NCBI GenBank assembly: GCA_013265495.1
Contig: MU058796.1
Coordinates: forward strand, 434,001-498,000
Length of the DNA: 64,000 nucleotides
DNA from: Vicugna vicugna
Taxonomy: Eukaryota
Reading direction: 5' to 3'
Below the pieces are notes generated by a model that was given only the letters and a program-made list of their open reading frames with translations, had not been told where the DNA came from and ran no database searches. A program made the translations under genes and the position numbers. This document shows positions 40,426-54,445 of the stretch, in pieces (within the stretch, counting starts at the first letter, position 1; each line of letters opens with the position of its first letter).

Positions 40426-43400
40426 GACATCTGTGTCAGGGAGTTTTGTTCAGTCTAGAAAATCAGATTTTGCACAACGGTGATTTCTACCTTTGCAAAT
40501 TGTGGTTTGTTTCTAACCTTACAACACAGTTGAAATACAGAAATAATGCCTATTTCAGTTTTACAATTCATTTTATTTTAAAAGGCGAACTAAGCTACCT
40601 TGGAACTTTAGTAAACATTTTTATATTTTGTTTATACTTTGAATCCAATTTTATATGCTTTCTGTTGACCCCTATTCTGATTATTTGTTTTGAAAAATCC
40701 CTGAGTAACAGTGCAGCCTGACCTTTTCTCCCTAATATTTCCTTCTATTCTCCATTGATCTGTCCTACTTTCATTCTGTGTTACATGGAAACATCATTTT
40801 AAATAGCATTTTACTACAAATGTTATTACTTAAAGTAACATTATAAAATCATATAATACTGAGTGTGTATTATTAACCCATTTCGGAAAAGTTTATATGT
40901 TACTAATATTTCAAAATGAGTATATTTTTAAAACTAAGAATTGTTATTTTCACTTTAGTATTAAAACCTTTTCACTTCGGTGAGAAACTCTTTGGAATAC
41001 TTGAATGTAAACTGTTTATCAAAAACAGCTCTGCATAAGGTAATCTAGTGAAGTATTATAGATAATCAGAGATTTTCTTTCTTTATAATTAGTAATGGAC
41101 ATTAACTTTTTTTTCCTGTCAGAGATAAGTTACTGATCTGATTTATTTTAGTCTTATGATAATATAAATCACAAATTAAATTTATTTCTATATGAAGTTC
41201 ATTAGATTTGTTAGCTTTTAAAGCCAAATAAAAAGTGAGTAAGTAAATAGCAAGTTTTAAACAAAGAGAATTCTATATAGGTATCTTAGACCTCAAAATA
41301 CTTTTGCAAATTTTGGGGGGGTTAGGATTGAAGAATTTTGCTTTAGATTTTGATTTAGAATCAAACTTGGAGATTAGCAGTGTAGAAGTTTCCAGATGAA
41401 CAATCTTAGGCCTGCCAAGATTCTACTTTGCTAAGTTCTATTTACTACCAATCCATTTTTCTTTCTGTAGAACTTAGTATTTAACCTCAGACCATTGGTG
41501 TATTTCCCTACCTCATGAGGTTGTTACTAAGAATATTTAAGATCTACTTTAAAATATATTGCTTAACATTGTTTAACTTAACGGTGTTGATTGAAGAAAA
41601 TCGCTTATTTCAAAATTTTTAAATCATTACTATTTCAGATTTAAAAACTATGTTAAGACTGACTTTATTTTGAGATACAGAAAACATATGTATCACAGAA
41701 GGACCAATCTTGCTAAATCTCTGCAACTTTCAAATAATCTTCAGAAGTTACACAGCTACAGACACACATTTAAACAATTGCTGTTAACTACCACGAACAC
41801 TGGAAAGCTGAAATGTCACAACAGTTACAACTTTACTATATTTAGTTTATCAGTTCTTACTGAATAGCAGTCATCATTAAAGCAGTTAAAGGCATTGCCT
41901 CTGCAGCCCCTCCTTTCGGTATGGGTTTTAGACATTATCTTTTCTCTTTTGTTTGCTTACAACAGGAAGCTCGTTTAATCGTTTGCTTTGTTCTAGAGTT
42001 TAGGCAGGTAGAGGCTATCCCTGTTAGCCTTAAAGCTCTTACTTTTGCTGCATTAATGGCACTCGCTGTAGATTCTGTGGTCCTGCTTTATTTACCAGAA
42101 AGCTTACCTTTGAGAGCTGTCACTCCATTCTTTCAACTGTGTTGTTAATTGACTGATAGCAAAGATTGAGTAGAAAACCTTTAGTGACAAAAGACTGGCT
42201 ATAGGTGTGACTCCAATTTAAGGCTGGCGAATCTTTGCTTCTGATCCCATTTCTATTTATACTGAAACACTAAATACAGATTACAAGAACAAAGTGCATT
42301 TAAAAGCATTCAGAAATGTTAAGCAACAATAAAACTCTGTAACCATTTAAATGACAGCAGCTGACTATTTGAATTAACTTTGTGTTTGGCTTAATTTGGG
42401 GCCCTAATTATTCCTAACGTACGTGAGTAGATTTCAGTTATAGTATCCTGCGGGGATTTGTAGCTAAGGCAACTGCAAGAATCATTTTACATAAAGTACT
42501 TTTGTTCAGCTGATTAGGCAAGGTAAAACGTAATGATGTCAAATTGAAACCTTTCTGACAAGGTCCAAACAAATGTTTCTAGTAATTTTGTTTTAAAAAA
42601 TAATTCAACTAGGTTTAATTTTAAATAATATTTTGGTCTTTTGAGAAGATTGACTTTATTGTAATACTGATATCAATATCAATGTACCTTTAAGATTGCA
42701 CATTTTAGTGAAGTAATGAAGCATTAAAGATATGGACAAATTTGTCACAGTGGAAACCTTCCTAAGTAATGTTTGTTTACTTTATAATCCTTGGTATACA
42801 GTTTGACAACTTCAAATACATAGGCTTAGAAGAGAAATAAAAACAAACAAATTGAAAGACTAATACCTCTTCTGTAATTTGGAATGCATTTCAGTTGAAC
42901 ACAAGACAAAGACTCATTTATAGGTTTGAAATGCTATGTACCAAGAAGTGCAAAGGATACACTATATGGTTGACATTGTGCTCCAGTCAGTAGATAACTC
43001 ATACTTAACTCCTCTTCCTAAATGCTCTCCCCACCACAAGAGCCCACAGTAATCTTGAACCATCTTTACCAGACTGAAACCACTTCGTGGCTGTTAGTGG
43101 TAGAAGCTACTTTGGTTCCTTACTAATATATGTAATAGAGCAAAGTATAAGAAAACATTTGGTGGCGTCCATAAGACCATGTCGAGGCTTAACCAAAACA
43201 TTTCATTAGGATCTCATAACTGCTTAATGTTAGTCTAAGTCTGAACAGTTAGGAGCCAGCAGCTCTGTTCTTATTCTGACCACCTCAGTACCCCGTTGTC
43301 GTCCTCCAGCCTCTCTTCATCCTCTCTCTCCTCCCCCTTCTTTACCCCTTCTTTCAGTTTTTGAGCACCTAGTATATGTTAGTCATTGTCATTGCACTTA

Positions 43401-43682
43401 CATGTGCATTATTCAGTTGTCAATTCTATGACCAGTTTTTCATGGAGTAAAACAAAATCCAAAAAATGTAGCAGAAAATTCAAGGACCTCAGCTTTGAAC
43501 TCAGAGTAGAGTTTTCCTTTCAAAGCTTCAGCCAAGCTATATTACTGATTGTTCTTTGCAACAATGTCAAGAAATCCATCCTTTCTCCTATTCAGTTCCT
43601 ATTTGTTCTTTAGGATAGTTTTTAAAGTTAGTACCCTTAGGAGCCTTTTTCTCATTTAAACAAGAATTTTCTGAATTTATAT

Positions 43683-43833
43683 AGCAGCACAGTTCAGTAG
43701 AGTAAGTCAGTACTTTACAAGTCTTCGCTGAGCCCCTGGACTATGACTAATGTGACTGAAAGGGTACATTTTCATTTTATTTTATGTTAAATTAATTACA
43801 AAGTGGCTAGTGGCTGTCATATTGCACAGGATA
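43683..43833. mobile_element. MER3/MER33-like hAT-Charlie fragment
   Basis: ctaatgtgactgaa...ttttattttatgttaaattaa...gtggctagtggctgtcatattgcacag. Confidence 0.55.
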
Positions 43834-44762
43834 GTTACAGGTTCTTTTCTTTGTTCACATAAGGCTTAGTTCTTTTTAATCTTGGTCACTTCTTATACCT
43901 CCTTTATATGTTTCAGTCACTTCTTTGAGGTCAGAGACAGCGTTTTACTTATTTTTGTGTTTCTCATAGTGCTTGGGCGCTCAGAAAAAAATTTCAGTTA
44001 GTTGAGAAGTGGTCAGGGAGTGTTTAGTACCAAAGCAACATATTAAATACATACTTCGTGCGTGGTGCACGAGTTTCACTCATGATCACCCCAGAGCAAC
44101 GTTGTAAGTTTGTGAGTATCGAAAACCAATAAATATATCTGTACTCATATTATGTGGCTTGCAGGAAGGGAGTCTTTGGGATTAACTGCTGAGTATACTT
44201 TAAGTATACTTTAAAAGACTTAATGGTAGAAAACCCTAATTGCTGACTGCAGCCTCAGTTCTTACATGATTTTGATAGTTCTTTAAATTATCTGGATGGT
44301 AATAACCTGCCTGTAAGTCAGCTCATGTTGCCTTCTATTCCCCAAATGGAGCTTCCTTCTTGAAATTCAGTGATGAGCCCAGCTGACACTGCCATTTGCT
44401 TTCTATAGTTTGAAAAAATGCCTTAGAAGATAAGTAATTATGAAGGCATCAGTTTAAAAGTGATGAGTAATGAATATCTCATCATTTATGAAATTCATGT
44501 GGTCTTGGCTTGTGAATTTCTTCTTTTAGTAACTAGAAAATTCTTTTCTAATTTGACCTTGGATACAAGAAGGAGGAAATTTTACCCTTCTAAAGGATAA
44601 TGGTGTTTCATTGTAATGATATTTTGCATTCTTATACATCATAATTGAAAATACATTACTTTTTTGGTTAATGTATTACTAATGACTTATTAATATTAAA
44701 ATATTATAGCTTATAATAAAACTGATGGCTTTGGAGTAATCTTCATAAAAATACCCTTTAAT

Positions 44763-44851
44763 TATATATATGTGTGTGTATATACATGTATATGTATGTA
44801 TAATATGTATGTATATGTTTATATATGTATATGTGTGTGTGAATATGTATA
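44763..44851. repeat. (TA)/(TG)-type low-complexity microsatellite
   Basis: tatatatatgtgtgtgtatatacatgtatatgtatg... read directly. Confidence 0.85.
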
Positions 44852-46785
44852 CTGGCAGTCAGGATGTTTTATTCTCTATTTAAATAGCATTTGCAAACGG
44901 ATATCTGGTTTAACATGCTGTGTCTGTCTGTCACTCTAAAAAAACTGACAAATTCTATCTTTAGTAGAAACAGGTAAATGCACAGTGCAGCCATAGGAAG
45001 TATTTTCTATATTCATTAATTTTGGAAAAGGAAGTGTTTGACTTACAATGATAGGTTAAAAAATACCGTATTCTGTACTTCTAAATATTCTAGCCTTAAA
45101 TACTTTGTAATTAAAAGGTTTGCTTAGAAAACTTAAGGAGGTTTTGTTGGCGCGCTCAGCACTGATTTGCGGTCTCAGAAGTGCTAGTATCTGAGCCTCA
45201 CACCTAGTAGTTCAGCGTCCCCTCTTGTTCAGTAACAAGGATGGTGTCTCTCGAATGGATGCATTATTTTAGCAAATGAATGATTTACATAAGTTATCTT
45301 AGCAAGTCGCTCCAATCTTTAAATGAAAGTTCAGCATCACTGAAAATAATTGAAAAGATTGTGTTGCCGTTCCGTGGGGCAGATACAAGAGGAGAATTCC
45401 AGAAATGGTGGAGCCATGCCATGGCCTCATTATTAGAACAAGTAAATAATCACCCAAGTGACTACCTGGAGGGAGAGGGGTAGTTGATTATGGGGAAAGA
45501 TATTTGTGAATACAATCTGGTATATATATGTGGAAAAAAAAATAACAAGCTGCAGTACTTTATAAGTCTAGTTCATATGTTTCTTACTTAAATATGAAGG
45601 GAGTAAGAATGTAACGTTTGGCTTCGTTGCCTGTTTATAGTAGTTCTTCAAAATATAATCATATGAAAGTATCTGGAAAATAAATCTGCATGAATTTTGG
45701 TTCAATTTCTCTTTCTTTTTTGTTCAGCATTTGCAAGTGAATATCCGATCTACTGTGCTGTCTCTGTGTGTCTGTCCCTCTCACTTTCTCTTGCTCTCTG
45801 TCAATTTAGGAAAAAAAAATAGTAAACTCTATATTTAGTAGAAATATATGCTTTCATGCTTTTGGCAGCTAAAACGTATTACACTATATAAATTAAGATA
45901 CACTGATACAGTGAAGTGTTTTTTTTACAATTTCATCAAATTATTTTTCTTAACTGTGCATAAGAAAATTTTATTGGTATTTATTCTGCATGTGGATCTG
46001 ATACTTTAAATTTACCCTATTAAATTGAATTTTTTTTGTTGATACAATTGAAAAAAGTACCCAACTGTCAGTCCATTCCACGAGTGAAGAAGACTCGTAA
46101 CTGGTCCAGAGGAGAGAGGGTCTTAGTTGGTGCATAAAAAATTCATGTCAGCATCTCGACACTGCATTCTTTTGGGGTATCTGTTATCACTGAATAGGAA
46201 AGTGTTTCAAATTGACAGGCAGACAGAATGTTGTGCTGAATGTGTAAATTGGAATTATCACATCTAGCAGTTCCCTTCACCAGGTGCCGGCTTGGAGCTC
46301 GGTTCTGCACTAATGTCGAGAGAGTGCCAGGAATAGTTTTATTTGCTAATTATCCCTCATCTCTTCCAACGTCTAGTTTTTCTAGTAAACAGCTTGCCCA
46401 GGTGTTTTTAGGAATGCCTCGCAGGACAGTGTAGGACTGCAGGTGCTTATGTGGCGAGGAGATGCCATACAGAAGACGGAAAATATCTGTACGCATCTCT
46501 GTGAAAAGGATTATTGGTTTTAAGGGTTTTACTCCCTAAAGTACTGAAAACAATACTTGTCAGAATTTTGTTGACTCTGAGAGGCTGGTGAGGGCAAACA
46601 AAATTGGGGGTGGTGTTTAAAGCTAGAACGTTTAAAGAGGTTTTATGTTTGAGTCTCTTAAAAAAAACTTTATGATATGCAACCTATGTGGATAAGCAGT
46701 GAAGTTTCCCAAGATTGTAAGAAATGAATGCAAATTAAGAGGTAAAGGAACCTTAAAGATTTAAAAAAGAATTTTTTTATTAATC

Positions 46786-46905
46786 TTTTTTTTTTGAGGG
46801 GAGCTAATTAGATTTGTTCATCTATTTAATGGAGATACCGGGGCTTGAACCCAGGACCTCATGCATGCTGGGTACACACTCTACCACTGAGCTGTACCCT
46901 TCCCC
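46786..46905 (-). mobile_element. tRNA-Ala-derived SINE (Vic-1-like), long-tail form
   Basis: Minus strand ggggaagggtacagctcagtggtagagtgtgtacccagcatgcatgaggtcctgggttcaagccccggtatctcca...ctaattagctcccctc(A)n. Possible decayed TSD ccttaaagattt / ccttagaggttt. Confidence 0.88.
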
Positions 46906-47629
46906 TTAGAGGTTTTTTGGTGTGTTTTTCTTCAGGCTTTTTGACCTTATTGGAGGAGTTACTACTGCATGATATAATTGTTGTTTTTTAATTTTCTTTC
47001 ATTTTTAAAATGATATTCTTGTGTAATATAGTACTGTAATGTCTGAAAGCAAAATTTAGAATTTTAATGCTTTACAAATTTATACCACAGGCTATTTCTG
47101 GGTATGGCTCAAATTAATTTGTGCTTGAAACATTTATAATAGTATTACTTTTCTTGATATTTAATAACTTGAATCACAAAATTATTTCTTAATTAGTTCT
47201 TTTAATTGTGTTTTTTGATTGTCATAAATACTTTTTATCACAATCTATTTTTCCTATCCTTTGGGCATTGAATCTTCTTAATACATTTTCCATTGTAGAT
47301 TGCTTTTCCATTTTCTTTTTTCTGATTATTTTTCCATTATGATAAGATACTGAAGTACTAAGTGCTCAAAATATGAGGATTTTACGAAGTTTCTTCCAGT
47401 TTTCCTAGGACTGTGATGTGAAAGTTGTCATGGCTTTTCGACAGCCAATCACATTTCAGTGATATTTGCTGAACACGTCACAGGATTTATCCTGTCATTT
47501 TTGATTTAGGATTAGACATCATTATCTTTTGTATTGACTTGGTCTCTGTTTCCTTTCACTGACATATCCTGTTGTGAAATAACATTTGTAAGAGTTTCCC
47601 ATGGGAGTGAGAGAGGGCATATATTCAAA

Positions 47630-47790
47630 GGCAGCAGGTTTTGGCATAAAGTTCATTTGTTCAAATTCTGACTCTTACCAGTTACGTGAACTTTTTTGGA
47701 TTCTTTCACTTGAGTCTGTTTTCTTATTTATTATAAGATTGGGAAATGCTTACTTCTTATAACTGATGATGCTCAGAAAAGATGTTTAAA
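47630..47790 (+). mobile_element. MIR SINE
   Basis: gttcaaattctgactcttaccagttacgtgaac...gagtctgttttcttatt. Confidence 0.5.
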
Positions 47791-47793
47791 AAA

Positions 47794-48800
47794 TCATTTA
47801 TTCATCGTTAATTATTGAACCTCCACCATGTGCCAGGACTATGCTATGTGCTAGGCATGGTTCTTGCCTTTAATGAACCTTACAAAAACTGTGGTACCCT
47901 ATGACACTTACAAGGGAACTAGGGAGAGCGGAAGGATTTCTGTCAGAGATACCTTGAGTGTGGAATTGGCCAGCTGAAATGAGGCATTCCAAGAGAGGGA
48001 CTGGAGTGTGCAAAAACATTGCCACTGAAAAATATGACTTGCAGGCTGTTCAGTGTGTTTGCAAGGGGAGAGGTGACAAGAGAGGATAACACTGGATGAA
48101 GAGTATGGGCTAGATCCTGTGGAAGAGTTAGGATTTTATCAAGTGGGTGACAGATAATGAATAATTTCAAAGGTGATTTTAGATTTTTGCTTTAGATGTA
48201 TTTATTTAGGTTGGATGGGGTTGACTCCTGAAAGCAGAGAGCTTTGAGCACGTTCCTATGGGGCCAGGCAATTAGCATAAAAAAGTGAAGCAGGCCGACT
48301 ATAAAGAAATGAAACAGAACTGGGAAATGAGTGCTTGTCTAAAGTAGACAGATGCTACTCAGCTTTCGGTGATTAGTTTGTCATTATTTTGATACTTTGT
48401 CAAAATGAGTATGTTGTCAGTTGATCTCCCCTCCCTCCCCCAAGACAACTCAAATTGGTTTTGAACGTTATGTCTCCGTGCTTTGAAATGTTGGCAACTA
48501 GTTCAGAACACCAGTTCAAACACTGAAGGGGCAAATGGAGTGTACCTGGGAGCTGGATTCATCCTCTATCTGCCCTTTTGCGCCCTTTTTCTTACGTAAG
48601 GCTGTCATGGTAGGCTAAGGGAGAAAGAAGGGGCGACCAGCAAAAACTGCAGTGAGATCACATGAAAAGGAGTGAACTGATGAGATTTCAGAAGTAGAGC
48701 TGATGAGGTTTGGTGACTCACCAATGAGGGAAAGTGATGTATTCAAGTCTGTTGGTGAGAAGGAATGGAGAGTAACGAATGTTTGGGAGTAGAATAAACT
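47794..48800 (-). mobile_element. L2 LINE fragments
   Basis: tcatttattcat...tattgaacctccaccatgtgccaggact (L2 3' end, antisense) followed by purine-rich L2-like segments; discontinuous. Confidence 0.55.
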
Positions 48801-49176
48801 GGACTCTCCTGAGGATTCAGGGAGAGTCACACTGACTGGCTGGCTTGCCCTTGTGGGATTCGGAAGATGAAAGACAGCTTGTCATAGCTAGCACAGAACC
48901 AAGATTTGGAGCAGCAGGAGTTTCTGAAATTCTGTTTATTTCAAGTGGCTTCCCTTTGTATCTCCCTGCTCTTCTCCCAAATACCAGCTGGCTTTCCTTT
49001 CCCAGTACTCTGTCTTTCCTTGTCTTTTTTCTCTTTGCCTTACTCATAGTTTCTCTTGCCTCGCAGTTTTATCTTAAGGTGACTTCTAGTGTACTCCATC
49101 CAGCCTTGATCCATCCCAACAACTTCAGCTTTTTCTCTGATTCTGGAATTGCCCTCATGTTTCCCCGTTTAGATTC

Positions 49177-49293
49177 TTTTTTTGAGGGGGAGTGGGTGGT
49201 AATTAGGTTTATTTATTTTTAACGAGGATACTGCGGATTGAACCCAAGGCCTTATGCATGCTAAGCACCCACTCTGCCTCTGAGCTGTACCCT
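49177..49293 (-). mobile_element. tRNA-Ala-derived SINE (Vic-1-like), long-tail form
   Basis: Plus strand gtaattaggtttatttattttt...actgcggattgaacccaaggccttatgcatgctaagcacccactctgcctctgagctgtaccc. Possible TSD agattctt / agatgctt. Confidence 0.85.
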
Positions 49294-49924
49294 GCAGATG
49301 CTTGAGAAAGAGAGAAACTCTTAGGCCTTGCTCTTTCTGTGTGAAGCCATATCGTGCATTGCTCTTGGGATCGTAGACCGACTGCCTTTGGGTTGAAGAG
49401 CCATGTCTTGATCAGTTGTGTCGGGTTGCTGTAGGATCTTACAGTTTGCCAGGCACCCTCACCAGTACCTGTGAGCGGACTATTCTCAGTTAGAATGAAC
49501 TCAGTGCTGGCAGAATTGGCATTTATATTTAGGTATGGTGCGTGACAAATGGGGGGAGTCAGGGTGCATCATGACTTCACCAAGATGGGGGATATAAAAA
49601 GAGAAATGGATTTGATGGATAATCTGTGTTGTCAGTTTAATGAAGTTACTACCATTAAAGCCATAATTAATGACAGTGAGCTCAAACTTTGACAGTGGGG
49701 CAAACGTATGGAATTTTAAACATAAAAGAATTAGATATTTAGTCTTAACACTTAATATGATTTTAATATTCTGTAATTTATAATAACATGAGGTTTACTT
49801 TAATCATTAAATACTAAATATGAATCAAGTTTGGACAACTTTTATTATAGGTATACAGAAGCAATTTTAAATTTCTCTCCCTAATTTGTGCTTTTATTTT
49901 AAATCTAAATGCAATGGCTGCCCT

Positions 49925-50130
49925 TTATCAGACATGTGCTAGGTATCAAGGACTGTGCTAGGCGTTTTCTATTCGTTGCCCTGAGCAATGCTCCCAATAA
50001 ATAGCTCTGTGGGGTTTGTACTATTTTCTCAATTTTGTACTTGAGGAAACTTATGTACACTTAATCAGTAGCACTGAATCAATAATAAAGGCAGAGATGA
50101 GATTCATATATCCCCATGGCCGTCTGATAC
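49925..50130 (-). mobile_element. MIR SINE
   Basis: ggactgtgctaggcgtttt...tactattttctcaattttgtacttgaggaaactt...ggcagagatgagattca. Confidence 0.6.
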
Positions 50131-51934
50131 AACATTCTTGATGCTCTTTAATTTGTGCAATAATGAAAATCCATTTTCAGTTTCAGTTTTGGAATGTTTC
50201 TAGATGTATATAGCATGTTGCCTATGATTTAGCCATCCATAATTTAAGCAATGCATATGTGTAAAAAGGAAATGGCTTTTAAAAAGGTTCGTAAATGTAC
50301 ACGCACTATTACACTCAGGCTGTGTCTGTCTGACGCCTGACAAGCCTATTGAGAAAGTGGAATATGTAGGCATTCAACATATGCTTTTTGTCTCTCATGC
50401 CAGACATCTTACTTAGCTCTATTTTTTAACTGTGTTGACTACATATTTTCCATTATGTCGACAATCAATAGAAAAGCCTCTACTGGCTCACAGATGGTTC
50501 CTTCTGGTGGCAACCTTCTTCGCTCAACTTCACCATCCGCTGACAGCTTCTGTGCAGAAGGTTTTTTTCCTAATCAATAAGCGTACAATTGAAAGATTAT
50601 ATTTGATTTAAATATACTACTTTTTAAATTTTAAGTTTGTGCGGTCTGGATATATGAGAGTATTTAACTACTTACTGAATAAATGAAGAAAATTTAAAAA
50701 CCTCATTTTTGTGACCTTTTAGAGAGAATGTCATTGGCCAGACATACCATTGATAGAACCGTCTGTGGACCTCTTAGAAGAAATTTTCTTATGTTTATAC
50801 AGCCATCAATCTTTTTCACTCTTGCTGCTGTGAAATCTAAATCTAAATCTTTACTGTAATGTTGATATTTTGAGACTGGCCCTGGGTAATGTATGAGAAT
50901 GGTGAAACGTTTTGTCTCAAATGAGAAATTAAAATTAATGGTTAGTTAGGAAAGAGCAATAAGCAAATACAAAGATGACTACATTTGGACTTAGGGAGGT
51001 GAAACTGGAAATCAAGGAGGATGAAAGTTAAACATTACAACAGGCTAACTCTCTGAGGTCTAAGCAGTTATTCCAGCCACTGAAACTTACTATTATTTTC
51101 CCTGGATAAAAGCAATGTTGGCTTAAATGAGGTCACATGTAGAAAATTTGAAATTTTATACATGACATGTCAGGATGGAGAAACTCAGACTAATAGCACT
51201 GAGGACACAGAGCTAATACCACTAAGCTGGCAGTACTACTGTTCCTTGACTTGATTTATTTATAAAGTCATTCGTTGTTTCTTTTAGCAAATGCTCTGTT
51301 TGTTGAGTTCTTAACCATGTGGAGCGTGCTTCTGTGGTTAGTGATGTGAAGACCTGGAACTAAGAGGAATAAACATTTTTCCTATTTTTGTAAACTGCCA
51401 CTTAGGACCAGAACAAATATATTATAAAAATACTTAGAGCTAAGACTTAAGGCAATGTGTTCCTTAATCTTATCTTTGCTGCGTTTCAAAGCATGGCGCG
51501 TCCTCACCCTTTTTGAGATTCAGCTTGAATAGATGGAAATAGGGTCAGGATTAGCCTCAGTTCTTATTTCTTAAATGATTAGAATTGGGGATGATTAGTT
51601 ACATCAGGGCCAGTGATACACCCTTCAAAATGATTCCAAATGTACCAAGACCCGAAAAAAGCAGTCATTTACAAAACTTAGCACATGAAATAAACTGTAG
51701 ACACATTTAACATTTTTTCACCTGAATGTAATGTAGAGTTATAGAGTGTGTTTGTAACTGAGAGCTTATTTTTTTTTATTGGGTATGGCTTATTTTCAGT
51801 CTGCTATGAAGTTTTTATTTTAACATGCCACGGAGTTTACAGTCATAATGTGTATCATTTATTTTTCTACATGTTGGAAGATGTTGACTGAATAAACACA
51901 GTTTTGAAATATACCTCTATGAAATTAATTGTCA

Positions 51935-52019
51935 TCATGTATAATTGAAAAATTGTGCTCTACACTGGAATTTGACACAACATTGTAAAATGATTATAAA
52001 TCAATAAAAAAAGTTAAAA
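51935..52019 (+). mobile_element. Young, extremely 5'-truncated L1 3' end (85 bp)
   Basis: Shares tggaatttgacacaacattgtaaaatgattataaatcaataaaaaa exactly with the 38.3 kb element; perfect TSD AAATTAATTGTCA at 51922-51934 and 52020-52032. Confidence 0.9.
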
Positions 52020-54069
52020 AAATTAATTGTCAAGAGTTTATTAAGTAATTATGTTTGAACCTTCAGATTTTGATAATTAGTAAGGATTGAGAAGATGAAT
52101 AAAGTTGTAAATAATGGACTTATTTTAAGATGGTAAAGTAAAATATAATGACTGAGTTTTATAGTATTTTAATAATTCGAGCATCAGATTATTCAAAAAC
52201 ATGCCACTTTACTCTGGCATGATTATATATATGTTCTTTTTTATTTTTATGAAAAGATACTGTGTTTAATTCAACAGCATTATTTTTGTTTCTGTTGTGT
52301 AGAATTTTTGAAATGTTTCATTCTTCTGCCCCATATAATTAGAAATTTTCTTATTAGTAAAAATGACCACAAAACTTTAAATATTGTTTCATTAATGCTA
52401 CTTTTTTTGGTTGCTAGTTTTGGTCATTTGGACTTTAATATTGTGTGAGGCTTCTTACAAATATAAAATAAAAGCAATTTAATGGCTTTATTAAATTCTA
52501 AGTAAATCTAAACATCATAGAAACTGAGAAAGAAAAAATTAAAAAGTATTTGAAATCCTGACATTTAGAACCTAACATTTTCTTAAAGCATCTCTTATTG
52601 ATTTTTTTAGAAAATAAAAAAAATAGTTGGTTGGTTTTCTGTATTTTAAAGAGCAAATGACATGTTATTACTTTGAACTCTTTTTTTTTTAGTGTACATT
52701 AAAGTGTTAAATGTGCAGTATCTCTGGCAAATTTTACCACATTATGTACAGCTTCAGTCACTTTTGTCTTTATGTTAGCTGGAAAAATGTCCTATGGTAA
52801 CATGACTCATGATGTACTTTTGTGAAAAAAAATAATTTCTAAGAATCCAAGATTTTATATCTTGCATCTGTGTCTGTTAACTTCTCTGGTCCAGTTTCCT
52901 CCTAACAAGTTAAGAAATTAGATTGGAAGGGAGTGACTATCTATGCTGAATCTAAACTAAGAAATAAAGGTGCTTACTTAGAGCAGGATATTTGTTTCTA
53001 ACTTTAAAATCTGCTTGCCTTTAGTACACTTTTTATTTTTATTTTTATTTTTGGTTTTATAATACCACTTTCAGCATGTGATGTTGACTGTTGAATATAA
53101 GATTGTCTTCCAGTTGTCTTAGTCATTTTCGTTACATATCCTCATTAATTTTAGAGCCTGTGCACATTTATTTCACTGACATTTTAATAGAATGGTAAAG
53201 TATCAAAGTATTTTACCATAGCTGATTTTGCAAAGACAGTAATGTTTTCAGTAATATTAAGTCAGTTTAAGAAACTCATCTACCACTTGATAAGAGATGT
53301 CAGAATGCCATGGCAGGTTCCACAATTTTGAGTAAAGGTGTTGCTGTGTGGTGTTATACCCAGAGAACTTTATTTTTTATTGATTCTATCAATATTCTGA
53401 AATGTCTTTTAACATTTGATATTTTAGTCAAATGGATGAATGTGTTTTGTTTAGATCTTGAACATTTTCCATCATGTGTTATTTTGTTATAAAAGAATTT
53501 AGACTTCGCACTTTTGCCTTACTTACATCAGTCTTTTTATATATACTTTTGTCATCATAGAGTACAGCAGAAAGTAATTTATTTTTAAAAAAAAATCTTA
53601 TGTTTACCCTGGAATTATATTTCACATGCCAAAGTTAAAGCCAGCAAATTTTGTAAATTAAGAGAAAAGAAAATTAATATGTATTGATCATACTATGTTA
53701 ATTACCAAGGAATTAACATTTTTTTAAAAGGCTAAGATGGATGAGAAAAAAAACTTTTTTTTAAGATTTGAAAAGCAGATTTTTTTTTTTTAAATTAACC
53801 ATGTTATTTTTACATTATCCCTATTGGCAAATTCACCAGAGGAAAAAAAAATTTCAGTTGACCCATAATGTGCCAATACCTTGTTAACAACTCTTGTTTC
53901 CTTTTAAATTACTGTCACTAATTTTTGAGCTCCCTCTTAGCCACCTAGTAGCCCGATCAGCTTGCTTTATCTTCCTTTGGACTTCACTATTCCTATCTGA
54001 CAGTTACTAGGGAACTACTCTTTTCATGTAACAAATAGATCTTGGTTCAAAGTTTTGTGTAGTCTTATT

Positions 54070-54445
54070 GTAGCTTCACAAGGGCAAGGACCATAGCTTT
54101 TGCCACTGTGCATTCCCAGACCTCAGGGAAGTGCAAGGTGCAACAAATATTTTTAAATGAATAGATATTTGATAAATGAATAGATTAATGAACAAATGAA
54201 TGTCCCAGCAGATGACTATATTAATAGAATGTGAGTAGGCCTTTTTTTTAAAGCTAGATTTGCTTTTTATAAATCCTAGAGAAGGAAGAGAAATATTTAA
54301 TTTTTCACAGCACTTTTATTCTTCAACTAGGCGAGTTCACCTGTTGTTTTTCCCTTCTACTGACGTCTCCCATGCAACTTGAACAGTGTATGACATAGAG
54401 GAGACACTAGATAAATACGTGTTGGAGGAATGAATAAATGAATGA
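54070..54445 (+). mobile_element. Two L2 3'-end fragments (about 54070-54200 and 54370-54445)
   Basis: agcttcacaagggcaaggaccat...aaatatttttaaatgaat and acagtgtatgacatagaggagacactagataaatacgtgttggaggaatgaataaatgaatg. Confidence 0.6.

Noticed and set aside
53936..53955. CTCF-like motif (gccacctagtagc), also partial matches near 50500 and 59930
   Set aside because: Only partial matches to the consensus; cannot be supported without a PWM scan or ChIP data.
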